A stretch of DNA of 64,000 nt from Candidatus Omnitrophota bacterium (lineage in GTDB: Bacteria > Omnitrophota > Gorgyraeia > Aquiviventales > Aquiviventaceae). Under the pieces are notes generated by a model. The model saw only the letters and a list, made by a program, of their open reading frames with translations. It ran no database searches and was not told the DNA's origin. The stretch lies in NCBI GenBank assembly GCA_016198905.1, contig JACQHR010000041.1, positions 15,434 to 79,433 on the forward strand, written 5' to 3'. How positions within the stretch are numbered: position 1 is the first letter of the stretch; the number at the start of each line of letters is the position of its first letter. The translations under genes were made by a program, and so were the position numbers. Of this stretch, positions 34,968-50,409 are shown piece by piece.

Positions 34968-35867
34968 TCACTCGAGATTCTGCACTTGCTCGCGAATTTT
35001 CTCGATGCACCCTTTGATGTCCACGACGTGTTGGACCGCTTCGGGGTCGTTTACTTTCGCGCCCATCGTATTCGCCTCGCGCATCAGCTCCTGCGCAATA
35101 AAGTCCATCCGCTTGCCGACCAGGGCTTTGCCCTGCAACGTCTGCCGCATGTAGACCAGGTGGCTTTCCAACCGGACGAGCTCTTCGTGGATGTCGCTTT
35201 CCTTGACCATCGCCGCGGCTTGCTCCAACTGAGACGTCGACAATGTGGCGCTGGTCCCCAGGAGCTCCCGCAAGCGCTCGCGCAGGCGCCCCCGTTGCTG
35301 GTGCAGCGCCAACGGCAGCCGTCGCTTGACCGCCCGCGCGTGCTGCTCGATCAGGCGCAATTGGTTGCGCAGGTCGGCGGTCAACTTCGCGCCTTCTCGT
35401 CGACGAGCACGGACCAGTTCTTGCACCGCGGCTTGCGTGGTCCGTCGAATCGGTTCCCACAGCTGTTCCGCCGGCACGCGCTCGTCCGCCACGCTCACCG
35501 CTTGTGGCAGCGCGAGCAGATGATCCAGCGTGATGTGATCTTTCAGGCCAAACCGACTTGTGAGCTCGAGCAGCGCGGCGTGGTATCGTCGAAGGAGCGG
35601 TTCATCGAACGTGACGCGTTTGGATTCGCCTTGTTCCGCTTGGACAAAGATGGTGGCCTCGATGCGCCCGCGACGAATGTGCGTGCGGATGAGCTCCGCA
35701 AAACGTCCTTGGAGAGCCGCCAACCCATTGGCGAGGCGATGTTCAATTTCAAGATAGCGATGGTTGGTGCTGCGCAACTCGATGGTCACAGCCCCGGTGC
35801 CGGTCCGCCGTGTGGCTCGGCCGTACCCCGTCATGCTTTGGATGCTCGCGGCTGATGCCATCGTCAC
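34968..35867 (-). CDS. yicC: YicC-family stress-induced protein
   Basis: IQSMTGYGRA N-terminus, SVNHRYLE-like TNHRYLEI, and the C-terminal EKIREQVQNLE. Confidence 0.85.
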   Translation of the reverse strand: MTMASAASIQSMTGYGRATRRTGTGAVTIELRSTNHRYLEIEHRLANGLAALQGRFAELIRTHIRRGRIEATIFVQAEQGESKRVTFDEPLLRRYHAALLELTSRFGLKDHITLDHLLALPQAVSVADERVPAEQLWEPIRRTTQAAVQELVRARRREGAKLTADLRNQLRLIEQHARAVKRRLPLALHQQRGRLRERLRELLGTSATLSTSQLEQAAAMVKESDIHEELVRLESHLVYMRQTLQGKALVGKRMDFIAQELMREANTMGAKVNDPEAVQHVVDIKGCIEKIREQVQNLE

Positions 35868-36346
35868 CGCTGCGCCCCTGCGCTCGATGATCCCGCCGGC
35901 CGCAAGAGTTCACTCGGTTGAAACCACAGTTGAATCTCTCGCTGCGCCTCAATCGGGTCCGACGAGGCGTGCACGACGTTTTCCATCAGCCCCTCCGTTT
36001 TCATGCGCCCAAACGCTCCACGGATCGTTGTCGGTTCGGCCTGTTCCGGATGTGTCGCTCCGGTGACGCGGCGCAAGCGTTCAATCGCATCTGGCCCCCA
36101 CAGCACAAACGCGAGCACCGAGGAGATGCCGTGGCGCTTTCCCTCGAGATACTCCACCGTTTCATTAAAAAACGCTTTGCTGCGAATGTGCTTGTAGTGC
36201 TCTTCCGCAAGCGCCCGACTGACCGGCGTCACTTTCGCTCCAATGATCTCGAGGCCGAGCGGCTCAATTTTGGAAAACACCGCCCCCACGATGCCGCGCT
36301 GGATCGCGTCGGGCTTGATGATAAACAGGGTGGCCTGCTCGGCCAT
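35864..36346 (-). CDS. ndk: nucleoside-diphosphate kinase
   Basis: TLFIIKPDAIQRGIVGAVFSKIE ... NVVHASSDPIEAQREIQLWF. Confidence 0.9.
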   Translation of the reverse strand: MAEQATLFIIKPDAIQRGIVGAVFSKIEPLGLEIIGAKVTPVSRALAEEHYKHIRSKAFFNETVEYLEGKRHGISSVLAFVLWGPDAIERLRRVTGATHPEQAEPTTIRGAFGRMKTEGLMENVVHASSDPIEAQREIQLWFQPSELLRPAGSSSAGAQR

Positions 36347-37203
36347 TACGTCTGCACCCCGAGCGCGTGCAGAATGCGCGTCAGATCCTCCGAGGAGAAG
36401 TAGTCGATGGTGATGCGTCCGCCTTTTTTTCGCCCATGAATGTGGACGCGCGTGCCAAGCGTGCGCTGGAGCTCTTCCTCCAGTGTCCGCGCGTGGGGAT
36501 CGGCCTGGCGGACGCGTCGTCTAGCACCACCCGCGTCCGCGCGCGCGCCTGCCTCGGCCTGCCGGACGGAGAGTCCGCTGCGCAGCACGTGTCGATACAA
36601 CGCGAGTTGCTTCGTTGTATCCTCGACGCTGAGGAGGGCCTTCGCGTGCCCCAGCGTCACGCGTCCTTCGCTCAATCCTTGCCGGATCTCCTGGGGCAAG
36701 GCGAGGATCCGCAGGAGGTTCGAGACCGTGGCGCGATCCTTGCCGACGGCGCTCGCGACGTCTTCTTGGGTATATCCGAATTCGTGGAGCAGGCGTTCGT
36801 AGCCCTTGGCTTCTTCGAGGGGATTGAGATTTTCCCGCTGGATATTCTCAATGAGTGAGACCTCCAGCGTTTCTTTATCGGACAGCGTCCTGATAATCGC
36901 CGGGATCTCTGGAATGTTGAGCGCTTGAGTGGCGCGCAGCCGTCGTTCGCCTGCGACCACTTCGTAGGTCCCGTGCGCAAGCGGCCGGACGATAACGGGT
37001 TCGATCACTCCTGAGCGCTTGATCGACGCTTTCAAATCCTCGAGCCCTGCGTCAGAGATGGCCGTGCGCGGCTGAAATCGTCCTGCACGGATCTGCTCTG
37101 TTCGCAGCATGACAAAACTTGACGATCCGCTTGGCACAGTCGTTGAAACGTGAGTGTTGGTCGTAATGATATCGGCAAGTCCGCGTCCAAGCCGCTTCGT
37201 CAT
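36346..37203 (-). CDS. parB: chromosome partitioning protein ParB
   Basis: RGLADI..., GVIEPVIVRP, GERRLRA, and the HTH LIENIQRENLNPLEEA...TQEDVA. Confidence 0.9.
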   Translation of the reverse strand: MTKRLGRGLADIITTNTHVSTTVPSGSSSFVMLRTEQIRAGRFQPRTAISDAGLEDLKASIKRSGVIEPVIVRPLAHGTYEVVAGERRLRATQALNIPEIPAIIRTLSDKETLEVSLIENIQRENLNPLEEAKGYERLLHEFGYTQEDVASAVGKDRATVSNLLRILALPQEIRQGLSEGRVTLGHAKALLSVEDTTKQLALYRHVLRSGLSVRQAEAGARADAGGARRRVRQADPHARTLEEELQRTLGTRVHIHGRKKGGRITIDYFSSEDLTRILHALGVQT

Positions 37204-37979
37204 ACCACCACCTCGGATTCTTTTGATATAACCTCTTGTGTGAGAAGTTGATACGCCAACGCTCCTGTTGAGTGAGGGTCGTAGAGACAGATGGGTTTTC
37301 CAAAACTTGGAGACTCCGCCAACCGGATATTTCTCGGAATGGCGGTATCGAAGACAAGGTCCTTGAAGAATTGTTTGACCTCTTCGGCCACTTCTCTTGT
37401 GAGATTCGCGCGAAAATCCGTCATCGTTAACACAATCCCCCCCACGCGCAATGAGGGATTAAGATTCTGCTTAATGAGGTTCACCGTGCGTATGAGTGAA
37501 TTCAATCCCTCAAGCGCGAGATACTCGCACTGGACAGGAATAAGCGTGCTGTCGGCTGCAACGAGCGCGTTGACCGTCAGCATGCCGAGGGACGGAGGAC
37601 AATCGAAAATGATGAAATCATAGGAGGCTTTGATCGGCTCGCATAGTTTTTTTAGGACAGTTTCCCGCTCATCCGTCGTCGTCAAGTACGGCTCGGCTCC
37701 TGCAAGGTCGAGGCTTGAGGGGACGATTTCCAGGAGGTTGATCTGTGTACGCTGTGTCGCCTCTTGCACCGTGGCGCGGTTGACCAGGACATCGTAGACG
37801 TCTTTCTCCAGCTCGCTTCGTTTGACACCGCACGCGGTGGTCGCATTCCCTTGCGGGTCAAGATCTACGAGCAACGTCCGCTTGCCTGAGAGCGCAAGAT
37901 ATGACCCAACGTTGACGGCCGTCGTGGACTTTCCGACGCCGCCTTTTTGATTACAGACTGCAATAATTCGCCCCATCAC
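37200..37979 (-). CDS. parA: chromosome partitioning ATPase ParA/Soj
   Basis: IIAVCNQKGGVGKSTTAVN is a deviant Walker A. DLDPQGNAT follows. Confidence 0.9.
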   Translation of the reverse strand: MMGRIIAVCNQKGGVGKSTTAVNVGSYLALSGKRTLLVDLDPQGNATTACGVKRSELEKDVYDVLVNRATVQEATQRTQINLLEIVPSSLDLAGAEPYLTTTDERETVLKKLCEPIKASYDFIIFDCPPSLGMLTVNALVAADSTLIPVQCEYLALEGLNSLIRTVNLIKQNLNPSLRVGGIVLTMTDFRANLTREVAEEVKQFFKDLVFDTAIPRNIRLAESPSFGKPICLYDPHSTGALAYQLLTQEVISKESEVVV

Positions 37980-38056
37980 GGATATGCGTGCTCGTGTCCG
38001 CCATTGTACTCAACGCTTAGGATAAATCCAACTGAAAAGTGCGGCTGAGATTCACG

Positions 38057-38087
38057 ATTTCCACAGCCTATTCACAATTGTGGAAAT
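38057..38087. promoter_or_regulatory. DnaA-box cluster in the parA-yidC spacer
   Basis: atTTCCACA (38057-38065), cTATTCACA (38068-38076) and TGTGGAAAt (38079-38087) are close matches to TTATCCACA/TGTGGATAA, arranged as an inverted pair. Confidence 0.5.
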
Positions 38088-39638
38088 CTAGGATGCTAGG
38101 CGATACCAGACAAGCGACATGATGCTATTCGTTAACCAATACAAGACAAGTCCTGACGGAAATTGATAAAACATGACGCCAAAGAGCACAGGCATGATCG
38201 GTCCGCTCATCATCTGTGCGGTAGGATTCCCGCTAGAACCTCCCATGTTTTTCTGAGACATCTTCGTTTGAAAATACATCGTCCCTGCCATAACGATGGG
38301 TAGCAGATTAACTTCATTACTAAGAAATGGAATCGTCACCGGTAGCTGCGCGATGCGATCCGGCAATGACAGGTCTTTTATCCACAGAAAGCCTGCTCCT
38401 CGCAGGCCGATAAAATGCGAAATAGCTTGAAAGAGCGCGATGAAAACCGGCATCTGGAGCAGCATGGGGAGGCAGCCACTAAGGGGACTGACCCGGTGCT
38501 GTTTGTACAGGGCAAATACCTCCACATTAGCCTTCTTCGGATCGTCCTTATGTTTCGCCATAATCCGGTCAAGCTCTGGTTTTAACTCTTGCATCTTCTT
38601 CATTGAGCGGAAGCTCAGCAGCGTAAACGGCGCCATCAGCGACGTCACCAGCACAGAAAGGAGAATGAGTGCTACTCCGTAATTCCTTGTGACGCCTGCG
38701 GTCCAGTCAAGAATCTTCACTAGGACAAGCCCGATCTGTCCTAACACGCCGATCTTAAAGGCTTTTTCGAATCCGGCCTTTTGGAGTTGGAAAAAATCTC
38801 TTGGCCCAAGATAGATGCTTGCGTGAAACTCCGTTGTAGGAGAGGCTCCTCCGATGCTTGCTATTGCCTCTGCGGCAATCGTCCCGTTCGAGGTTGGAAG
38901 AATTTTCACGTTGGTCCCCTGGGGCAATTTCACCGACTGACAAAAGTACCGCTCAGCCAGTGATGCCATCGATGTTCCACGTGGAACATCTTTTTCTGCC
39001 CTCATCGGCGCCATCATTCTCCGGTACGTGTTCCCCCGCTCCCCTCCAACGAATACGGCTTCGAGTGGATTGTTTCGATTGCTTAGGGTATCGCCCTTCA
39101 CCCACGTCGTCGTCAGTGCTAGATCGCCCACATCCACAGATCCGCCCTCATGATAGACTGTTATATCAATGATCGGGTTGGTCTCCGATACCGAATAAAC
39201 TAGCCTGTACTGTCCTTGTCTGGCGTCAGATAAGCTGAATTCTGCTTTCCTTACCGAGGTCGAAATTATTTTCCAGTTGCTCGTAGCACTTCCTACCTGC
39301 ACGCTGATGAGCGGGTATGTGCCAGAGAATTTCAGCGAGGCGCCAAGATCATTGCCTGCGTGGTATTTCTTAAGCGTCGCGTTTCGAACCGCTGCACTTG
39401 TCACTCCAATTTCTAGTTTGAGCTGCTGCGTTTCCATAATCACAACCTCTTCTTCAGAAATTGGATGCATTGATGTTGTGGTTGCAATGATGGCTGCCGG
39501 TGTTTCAGTTACGGTTGGTGCGGTGTTATTGGACGCGGCTTTCGAGTCGGCAGGTTTACCAATTTTCAGCACGTACTGCGAATACAGGCTCAATACAATA
39601 GCAGACAACAGTGCAGCAATAATAGTACGTTTTTCCAT
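38088..39638 (-). CDS. yidC: membrane protein insertase YidC
   Basis: N-terminal TM, a large periplasmic domain, and the C-terminal core LSGCLPMLLQMPVFIALF...LVLYWLTNSI. Confidence 0.9.
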   Translation of the reverse strand: MEKRTIIAALLSAIVLSLYSQYVLKIGKPADSKAASNNTAPTVTETPAAIIATTTSMHPISEEEVVIMETQQLKLEIGVTSAAVRNATLKKYHAGNDLGASLKFSGTYPLISVQVGSATSNWKIISTSVRKAEFSLSDARQGQYRLVYSVSETNPIIDITVYHEGGSVDVGDLALTTTWVKGDTLSNRNNPLEAVFVGGERGNTYRRMMAPMRAEKDVPRGTSMASLAERYFCQSVKLPQGTNVKILPTSNGTIAAEAIASIGGASPTTEFHASIYLGPRDFFQLQKAGFEKAFKIGVLGQIGLVLVKILDWTAGVTRNYGVALILLSVLVTSLMAPFTLLSFRSMKKMQELKPELDRIMAKHKDDPKKANVEVFALYKQHRVSPLSGCLPMLLQMPVFIALFQAISHFIGLRGAGFLWIKDLSLPDRIAQLPVTIPFLSNEVNLLPIVMAGTMYFQTKMSQKNMGGSSGNPTAQMMSGPIMPVLFGVMFYQFPSGLVLYWLTNSIMSLVWYRLAS

Positions 39639-39652
39639 CTAATAACTTTTCT

Positions 39653-39886
39653 TTACGTTAGCGGATCGTATCCGAATGGCCCAAACGGCTGACATTTTAT
39701 TGCCCGACGAGTCGTTTTGAAAAATCCCCGAAGGATTCCGTAGCGAGAAAAAGCCTCTTGCGCGTACAACGAACACGTCGGCGTAAATCTACATGAATGC
39801 AACATCCAGTGAGACAAGGTGTTTCGATAAATACGAATAAGGAAGATGACGAGTATTGTCATCAAATGGCGGCGATTCTTTTGCAT
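39653..39886 (-). CDS. yidD: membrane protein insertion efficiency factor YidD
   Basis: CRFTPTCSLYAQEAFSRYGILRG motif. An alternative start at 39862 (MTILV) overlaps the rnpA stop by 1 nt. Confidence 0.85.
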   Translation of the reverse strand: MQKNRRHLMTILVIFLIRIYRNTLSHWMLHSCRFTPTCSLYAQEAFSRYGILRGFFKTTRRAIKCQPFGPFGYDPLT

Positions 39887-40215
39887 AATAAACGAAACTC
39901 CTGATCAAGATCGGTGGTTTTAACGGGAAGGGTACGCGGGTGAATCACCACGATCAGGTCAAGCCCTGTCCGCAGGAAACTTGGGCCTGTCCTGATAACG
40001 GCACGCAGCTGACGTTTGAGTCTGTTCCGTTGGGGCGCACTCTTGAGGCCTCGCTTCACTCGAAGACCAACGCGCGTGAACCCTTCTTGATTCGTTGCGC
40101 CGCCGACGGAAAGCACGGGGCCGTGCGCCCACCGTCCACGACGAGACACGTGACGAAACACGCGCGTGAGCTTCAAGCGCTTGACAGATGCCGGTCGGCC
40201 GAATCCCTTGGCCAC
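39862..40215 (-). CDS. rnpA: ribonuclease P protein component
   Basis: Basic 117-aa protein with RNRLKRQLRAV (RNR motif), in the rpmH-rnpA-yidD-yidC order. Confidence 0.8.
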   Translation of the reverse strand: MAKGFGRPASVKRLKLTRVFRHVSRRGRWAHGPVLSVGGATNQEGFTRVGLRVKRGLKSAPQRNRLKRQLRAVIRTGPSFLRTGLDLIVVIHPRTLPVKTTDLDQEFRLLCKRIAAI

Positions 40216-40221
40216 TGGGCT

Positions 40222-40362
40222 TTAGGCTGGGATGAGTTGCCAGCGCCCTTTTTGTCGACGACGCCGAAGCGTCCCGCGCCCTCCGCGCGAACTCATGCGA
40301 CGGAGAAATCCGTGCGTACGTACGCGTTTTCGATTCGACCGATTCCTCAGGTGTTTTTTCAT
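40222..40362 (-). CDS. rpmH: 50S ribosomal protein L34
   Basis: My translation, below the ORF-track cutoff: MKKHLRNRSNRKRVRTHGFLRRMSSRGGRGTLRRRRQKGRWQLIPA (46 aa). Confidence 0.9.
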   Translation of the reverse strand: MKKHLRNRSNRKRVRTHGFLRRMSSRGGRGTLRRRRQKGRWQLIPA

Positions 40363-40408
40363 CGTCGCCATTATACGGGCGCGCTTCAAGGGAATCAAGG
40401 AGAAATCG

Positions 40409-40437
40409 CTTGAGCGCTTCGTTGAGAGTTGTTATAA
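40409..40437 (+). promoter_or_regulatory. candidate sigma70 promoter of dnaA
   Basis: TTGAGC (40409-40414), a 17-nt spacer, then TATAAT (40432-40437), 55 nt upstream of the dnaA GTG. Confidence 0.5.
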
Positions 40438-40479
40438 TGCCGTCTCTGCGTGAGATCTCTCAGGCCCGTAACCTAGAGC

Positions 40480-40508
40480 CTGTGCAAAACGTGTGGAAAC
40501 TGTGCAAA
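40480..40508 (+). promoter_or_regulatory. three tandem DnaA-box-like 9-mers overlapping the dnaA start codon
   Basis: tgtgcaaaa (40480), tgtggaaac (40491) and tgtgcaaaa (40500). The 11-nt direct repeat ctgtgcaaaac occurs twice. Confidence 0.5.
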
Positions 40509-41881
40509 ACTCTCCATTTGATTGGGTCGCAGCCAGGGAAATCCTTAAAGCTAGGCTTGGATCCGAGGTTGTCAGCCGGTGGCTCGACCCGCTTTCGCTT
40601 GCGGCTGTCACGGACCAATTGATCGTCCTCGAGGCTCCCAATGCGTTTTTCAGAGATTGGGTAGCGGCGCATTACCTTGAGGCGATCCGATCTTTGCTTG
40701 GTGACCGCGCGCTGCACCTCGTCACGGCAACCGCCAATATCCACGATCCTGTGGGTCAGCGAGTCATCGCGCCGCTCAAGCCTGCAATTCTAGAGAGTCG
40801 CCCCCACACAAGCGGCCCGCCTCCCGCCGGCGCACACGAATGGAATCATCCCCTCAATTTGAAATTTACGTTTGACCGATTTGTCGTGGGCCCCAGCAAT
40901 CGCTTCGCGCACGCAGCCTCATTGGCCGTTGCGGAGTCTCCCGCCAAAGCTTACAATCCGCTCTTTATTTACGGCGGGGTCGGATTAGGCAAGACGCATC
41001 TCATGCAGGCCATTGGGCACGCGATTCTCCAGCGCTGGCCCGCACAACGGATCGTGTACACCTCGAGCGAACGATTCACCAACGAACTGATTGCGGCCAT
41101 TCAAACGAAGACGACCACGAAGTTCCGCGACCGGTATCGCTCGGTTGACGTCCTGCTGGTTGACGACATCCACTTCATCGCGCAGAAGGAGGCCACGCAG
41201 GAGGAGTTCTTCCACACCTTTAACGCGCTCTACGACGCGCACAAACAAATCGTGATTTCAAGCGATCGCTCCCCGAAAGACATCGCCGGGTTGGAAGAGC
41301 GCCTTGTATCGCGGTTTGAGTGGGGACTGGTCACCGACATTCAGTCGCCGGATCTGGAAACGCGGATTGCGATTTTGCGCAAGAAAGCGGAGGAGGCGCA
41401 ACTGACCGTGCCTGACGAAGTCACGGACTTTATCGCGCAGCAAGTCACCGCCAATATTCGCGAACTCGAAGGGGCGCTTATCCGTGTGCTGGCCTATTGT
41501 AACCTGTTCAATAAAGCTCCTACCGCAGATGTGGCCCGTGAGGTTTTGAAGGACCTTGTGCGTGAGGTGCGTTCTCGCGTCACGGTGGTTGGAATCCAGC
41601 GGCGGATTGCCGAGTACTTTCAGTTGGAGGTGGTGGAGCTGCGTGGAGCGAGACGGCAGCGCTCCGTTTTATATCCGCGCCAAGTGGCGATGTTCTTGTG
41701 TCGTCGTTTAACAGAGGCGTCGCTCCCTGAGATTGGACAAGCGTTTGGAGGAAGAGACCATACCACCGTGATGCACGCAGTAGAAAAAATAGAACGAGAA
41801 ATTGCACAAGATGCGCACAAGAAGCAGCTTGTGGAGCAGCTCCACCAATTGGTTGTGACCGCATCGCACACGGCACAGTAG
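40493..41881 (+). CDS. dnaA: chromosomal replication initiator protein DnaA
   Basis: [13 protein letters not shown], Walker [24 protein letters not shown], and the C-terminal [14 protein letters not shown]-binding motif. Confidence 0.95.
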   Translation: METVQNSPFDWVAAREILKARLGSEVVSRWLDPLSLAAVTDQLIVLEAPNAFFRDWVAAHYLEAIRSLLGDRALHLVTATANIHDPVGQRVIAPLKPAILESRPHTSGPPPAGAHEWNHPLNLKFTFDRFVVGPSNRFAHAASLAVAESPAKAYNPLFIYGGVGLGKTHLMQAIGHAILQRWPAQRIVYTSSERFTNELIAAIQTKTTTKFRDRYRSVDVLLVDDIHFIAQKEATQEEFFHTFNALYDAHKQIVISSDRSPKDIAGLEERLVSRFEWGLVTDIQSPDLETRIAILRKKAEEAQLTVPDEVTDFIAQQVTANIRELEGALIRVLAYCNLFNKAPTADVAREVLKDLVREVRSRVTVVGIQRRIAEYFQLEVVELRGARRQRSVLYPRQVAMFLCRRLTEASLPEIGQAFGGRDHTTVMHAVEKIEREIAQDAHKKQLVEQLHQLVVTASHTAQ

Positions 41882-41885
41882 TGTG

Positions 41886-41984
41886 TTATCCACATTTCCA
41901 GAACACCGGGTACTACCACGTTCTTTCTTTAAGAAGATAAAGATAGTACTAACCGTATCGGGTTTTTCATTAAGTTGTGGAAAA
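41886..41984. other. candidate oriC core: DnaA boxes flanking an AT-rich tract in the dnaA-dnaN spacer
   Basis: A perfect TTATCCACA at 41886-41894 and TGTGGAAAA at 41976-41984. Between them lies the AT-rich tract ttctttctttaagaagataaagatagtactaa. Confidence 0.55.
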
Positions 41985-42034
41985 CACAACCCCACAACCA
42001 CATCTCAATCTCAGGCCACACAAAGGAACACACA

Positions 42035-43138
42035 ATGCGCATTAGTATTCCAAAACCACAACTCCTCAAAAGCCTCCAAATGGTCGAGCACGCGGTAAAC
42101 GACCGAAGCGCGCTACCCATTCTTGCCAACGTGCTCCTTGAAACGAACGATAAAGAGCTTATCTTGACAGCGACGGACCTTGATGTGGGGATTCAATGCC
42201 GCTTCCCACTAACATTGCCTACAGAGACAGGCGCTGTGGCTCTTCCCGCAAGAAAACTCGCAACAATCATTCGGGAGTTACCGGAAGAGCTTGTGGTGTT
42301 GGAGGCCAAAAAAAACCACACCGCAACAGTCCAGTGCGGGACAAGCAGCTTTCGGATTCCAGGACTTCCCGCGGAAGACTTCCCAACACTTCCCGTAAGA
42401 CCAGAAGAAGGGAAAAGCATCATCGCGCAAGCCGCACTGAAAGCGCTTATTACACAAACCGCACACGCAATGTCGTCCGAGGAGACGCGGTTCATCCTCA
42501 ACGGCGCGTTGCTCACCATACAGAAAAATGATCTGGTAGTGGTTGCCACGGACGGGCGCCGGCTTGCGGTGGCGCGCGCGCCGTTGACCGTCAAAGGAGA
42601 GCTGCCGCTTCACGTCGTGGTGCCTGCAAAAACGATCCGCGAGCTCGGCCGTTTGCTGCAAGATGATGCCCCGGACGATGTGTCGCTCGCGCTGCTCAAA
42701 GATCATCAACTCGCATTCAGTTTCGGCGCGGCGACTGTCATTACAAGATTAATCGAAGGGCAGTTCCCGCAGTACGAGAAGGTGATCCCGCCCGTTGCCA
42801 AACACAAAGTCACCGCTGACCGGCAAGCCCTCATCGACGCCATCCGACGGGCCAGCCTCATGACGACCGCGACTTCACAAGCGGTCGTCTTTGAGCTCGA
42901 GGAGAAGCGCGTGATCGTCTCGAAAGAGTCTGCAGAGCTTGGAAGCTCGCGAGAAGAACTTCCTGTCCACTACACCGGCGAGCGCACCACGATGGCCTTC
43001 AACCCGGAATTTTGGCTCGATGTCTTAAAAGTGCTCGAGACGACCGATGTGGCGATCGAAATTAGCGGCCCGGAACGCCCAGCGGTGATCCGGCAACCCG
43101 AATTCACCTATGTGGTCCTCCCAATGAAAGTGGCGTAA
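42035..43138 (+). CDS. dnaN: DNA polymerase III beta sliding clamp
   Basis: MRISIPKPQLLKSLQMVEHAV...ILANVLLE...LTATDLD. Three-domain length of 367 aa. Confidence 0.9.
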   Translation: MRISIPKPQLLKSLQMVEHAVNDRSALPILANVLLETNDKELILTATDLDVGIQCRFPLTLPTETGAVALPARKLATIIRELPEELVVLEAKKNHTATVQCGTSSFRIPGLPAEDFPTLPVRPEEGKSIIAQAALKALITQTAHAMSSEETRFILNGALLTIQKNDLVVVATDGRRLAVARAPLTVKGELPLHVVVPAKTIRELGRLLQDDAPDDVSLALLKDHQLAFSFGAATVITRLIEGQFPQYEKVIPPVAKHKVTADRQALIDAIRRASLMTTATSQAVVFELEEKRVIVSKESAELGSSREELPVHYTGERTTMAFNPEFWLDVLKVLETTDVAIEISGPERPAVIRQPEFTYVVLPMKVA

Positions 43139-43153
43139 CGGAACCGACGTCGC

Positions 43154-43456
43154 ATGGCCGCGGATTCCCCACAGCCTGTCAGCGCGATTCTCTCCACGGT
43201 CTTGAGGCAGATGGAGCAACAACACAGTCCGCTGGCGGCGATCCAAGGCCAGTGGCGCGCGCTCGTTGGGAAGCGGCTCGCGGCGCACACCACGCCCGTC
43301 AGCTTGCGTCGGGGACGACTCGTGGTGTATGTGGAGCGGCCGGGAGACGGGTTCATCCTCAACTATCAACGGGGCGTCCTGCTAGAGCAGGTGCGGGCGC
43401 TCACGCAAGGGAAGGTGGAAGAGCTCGTCATCCGCCCCGGGCCTCCAACGGCGTGA
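43154..43456 (+). CDS. DUF721/DciA-like protein
   Basis: ILSTVLRQM...IQGQWRALVGKRLAAHTTPVSLRRGRLVVYVERP...LNYQRGVLLEQV is the DUF721 pattern, in the typical position after dnaN. Confidence 0.75.
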   Translation: MAADSPQPVSAILSTVLRQMEQQHSPLAAIQGQWRALVGKRLAAHTTPVSLRRGRLVVYVERPGDGFILNYQRGVLLEQVRALTQGKVEELVIRPGPPTA

Positions 43457-43463
43457 TGGGATA

Positions 43464-46248
<2,785 letters not shown>

Positions 46249-46251
46249 TCC

Positions 46252-50280
<4,029 letters not shown>

Positions 50281-50313
50281 CTGCGCGACACGCAACGCAG
50301 CGCTGTCCGTCAC

Positions 50314-50385
50314 GTCCCCATCGTCTAATGGTTAGGACAACAGCCTTTCGAGCTGACAATGGGGGTTCGATTCCCCCTGGGGACA
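50314..50385 (+). tRNA. tRNA-Glu (anticodon TTC)
   Basis: Acceptor GTCCCCA/TGGGGAC, anticodon loop CTTTCGA, T arm GGGGG-TTCGATT-CCCCC. Confidence 0.9.
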
Positions 50386-50409
50386 CGTTTTTGAAGGACA
50401 CGTGAGACC

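Noticed and set aside
41883-42129. Small ORFs in the dnaA-dnaN spacer (41883..42098 on the plus strand, 41929..42129 and 41708..42001 on the minus strand).
   Set aside because: They cross the AT-rich, DnaA-box-bearing spacer and the dnaN start, and they lack an RBS and any homology. The region is better explained as oriC.
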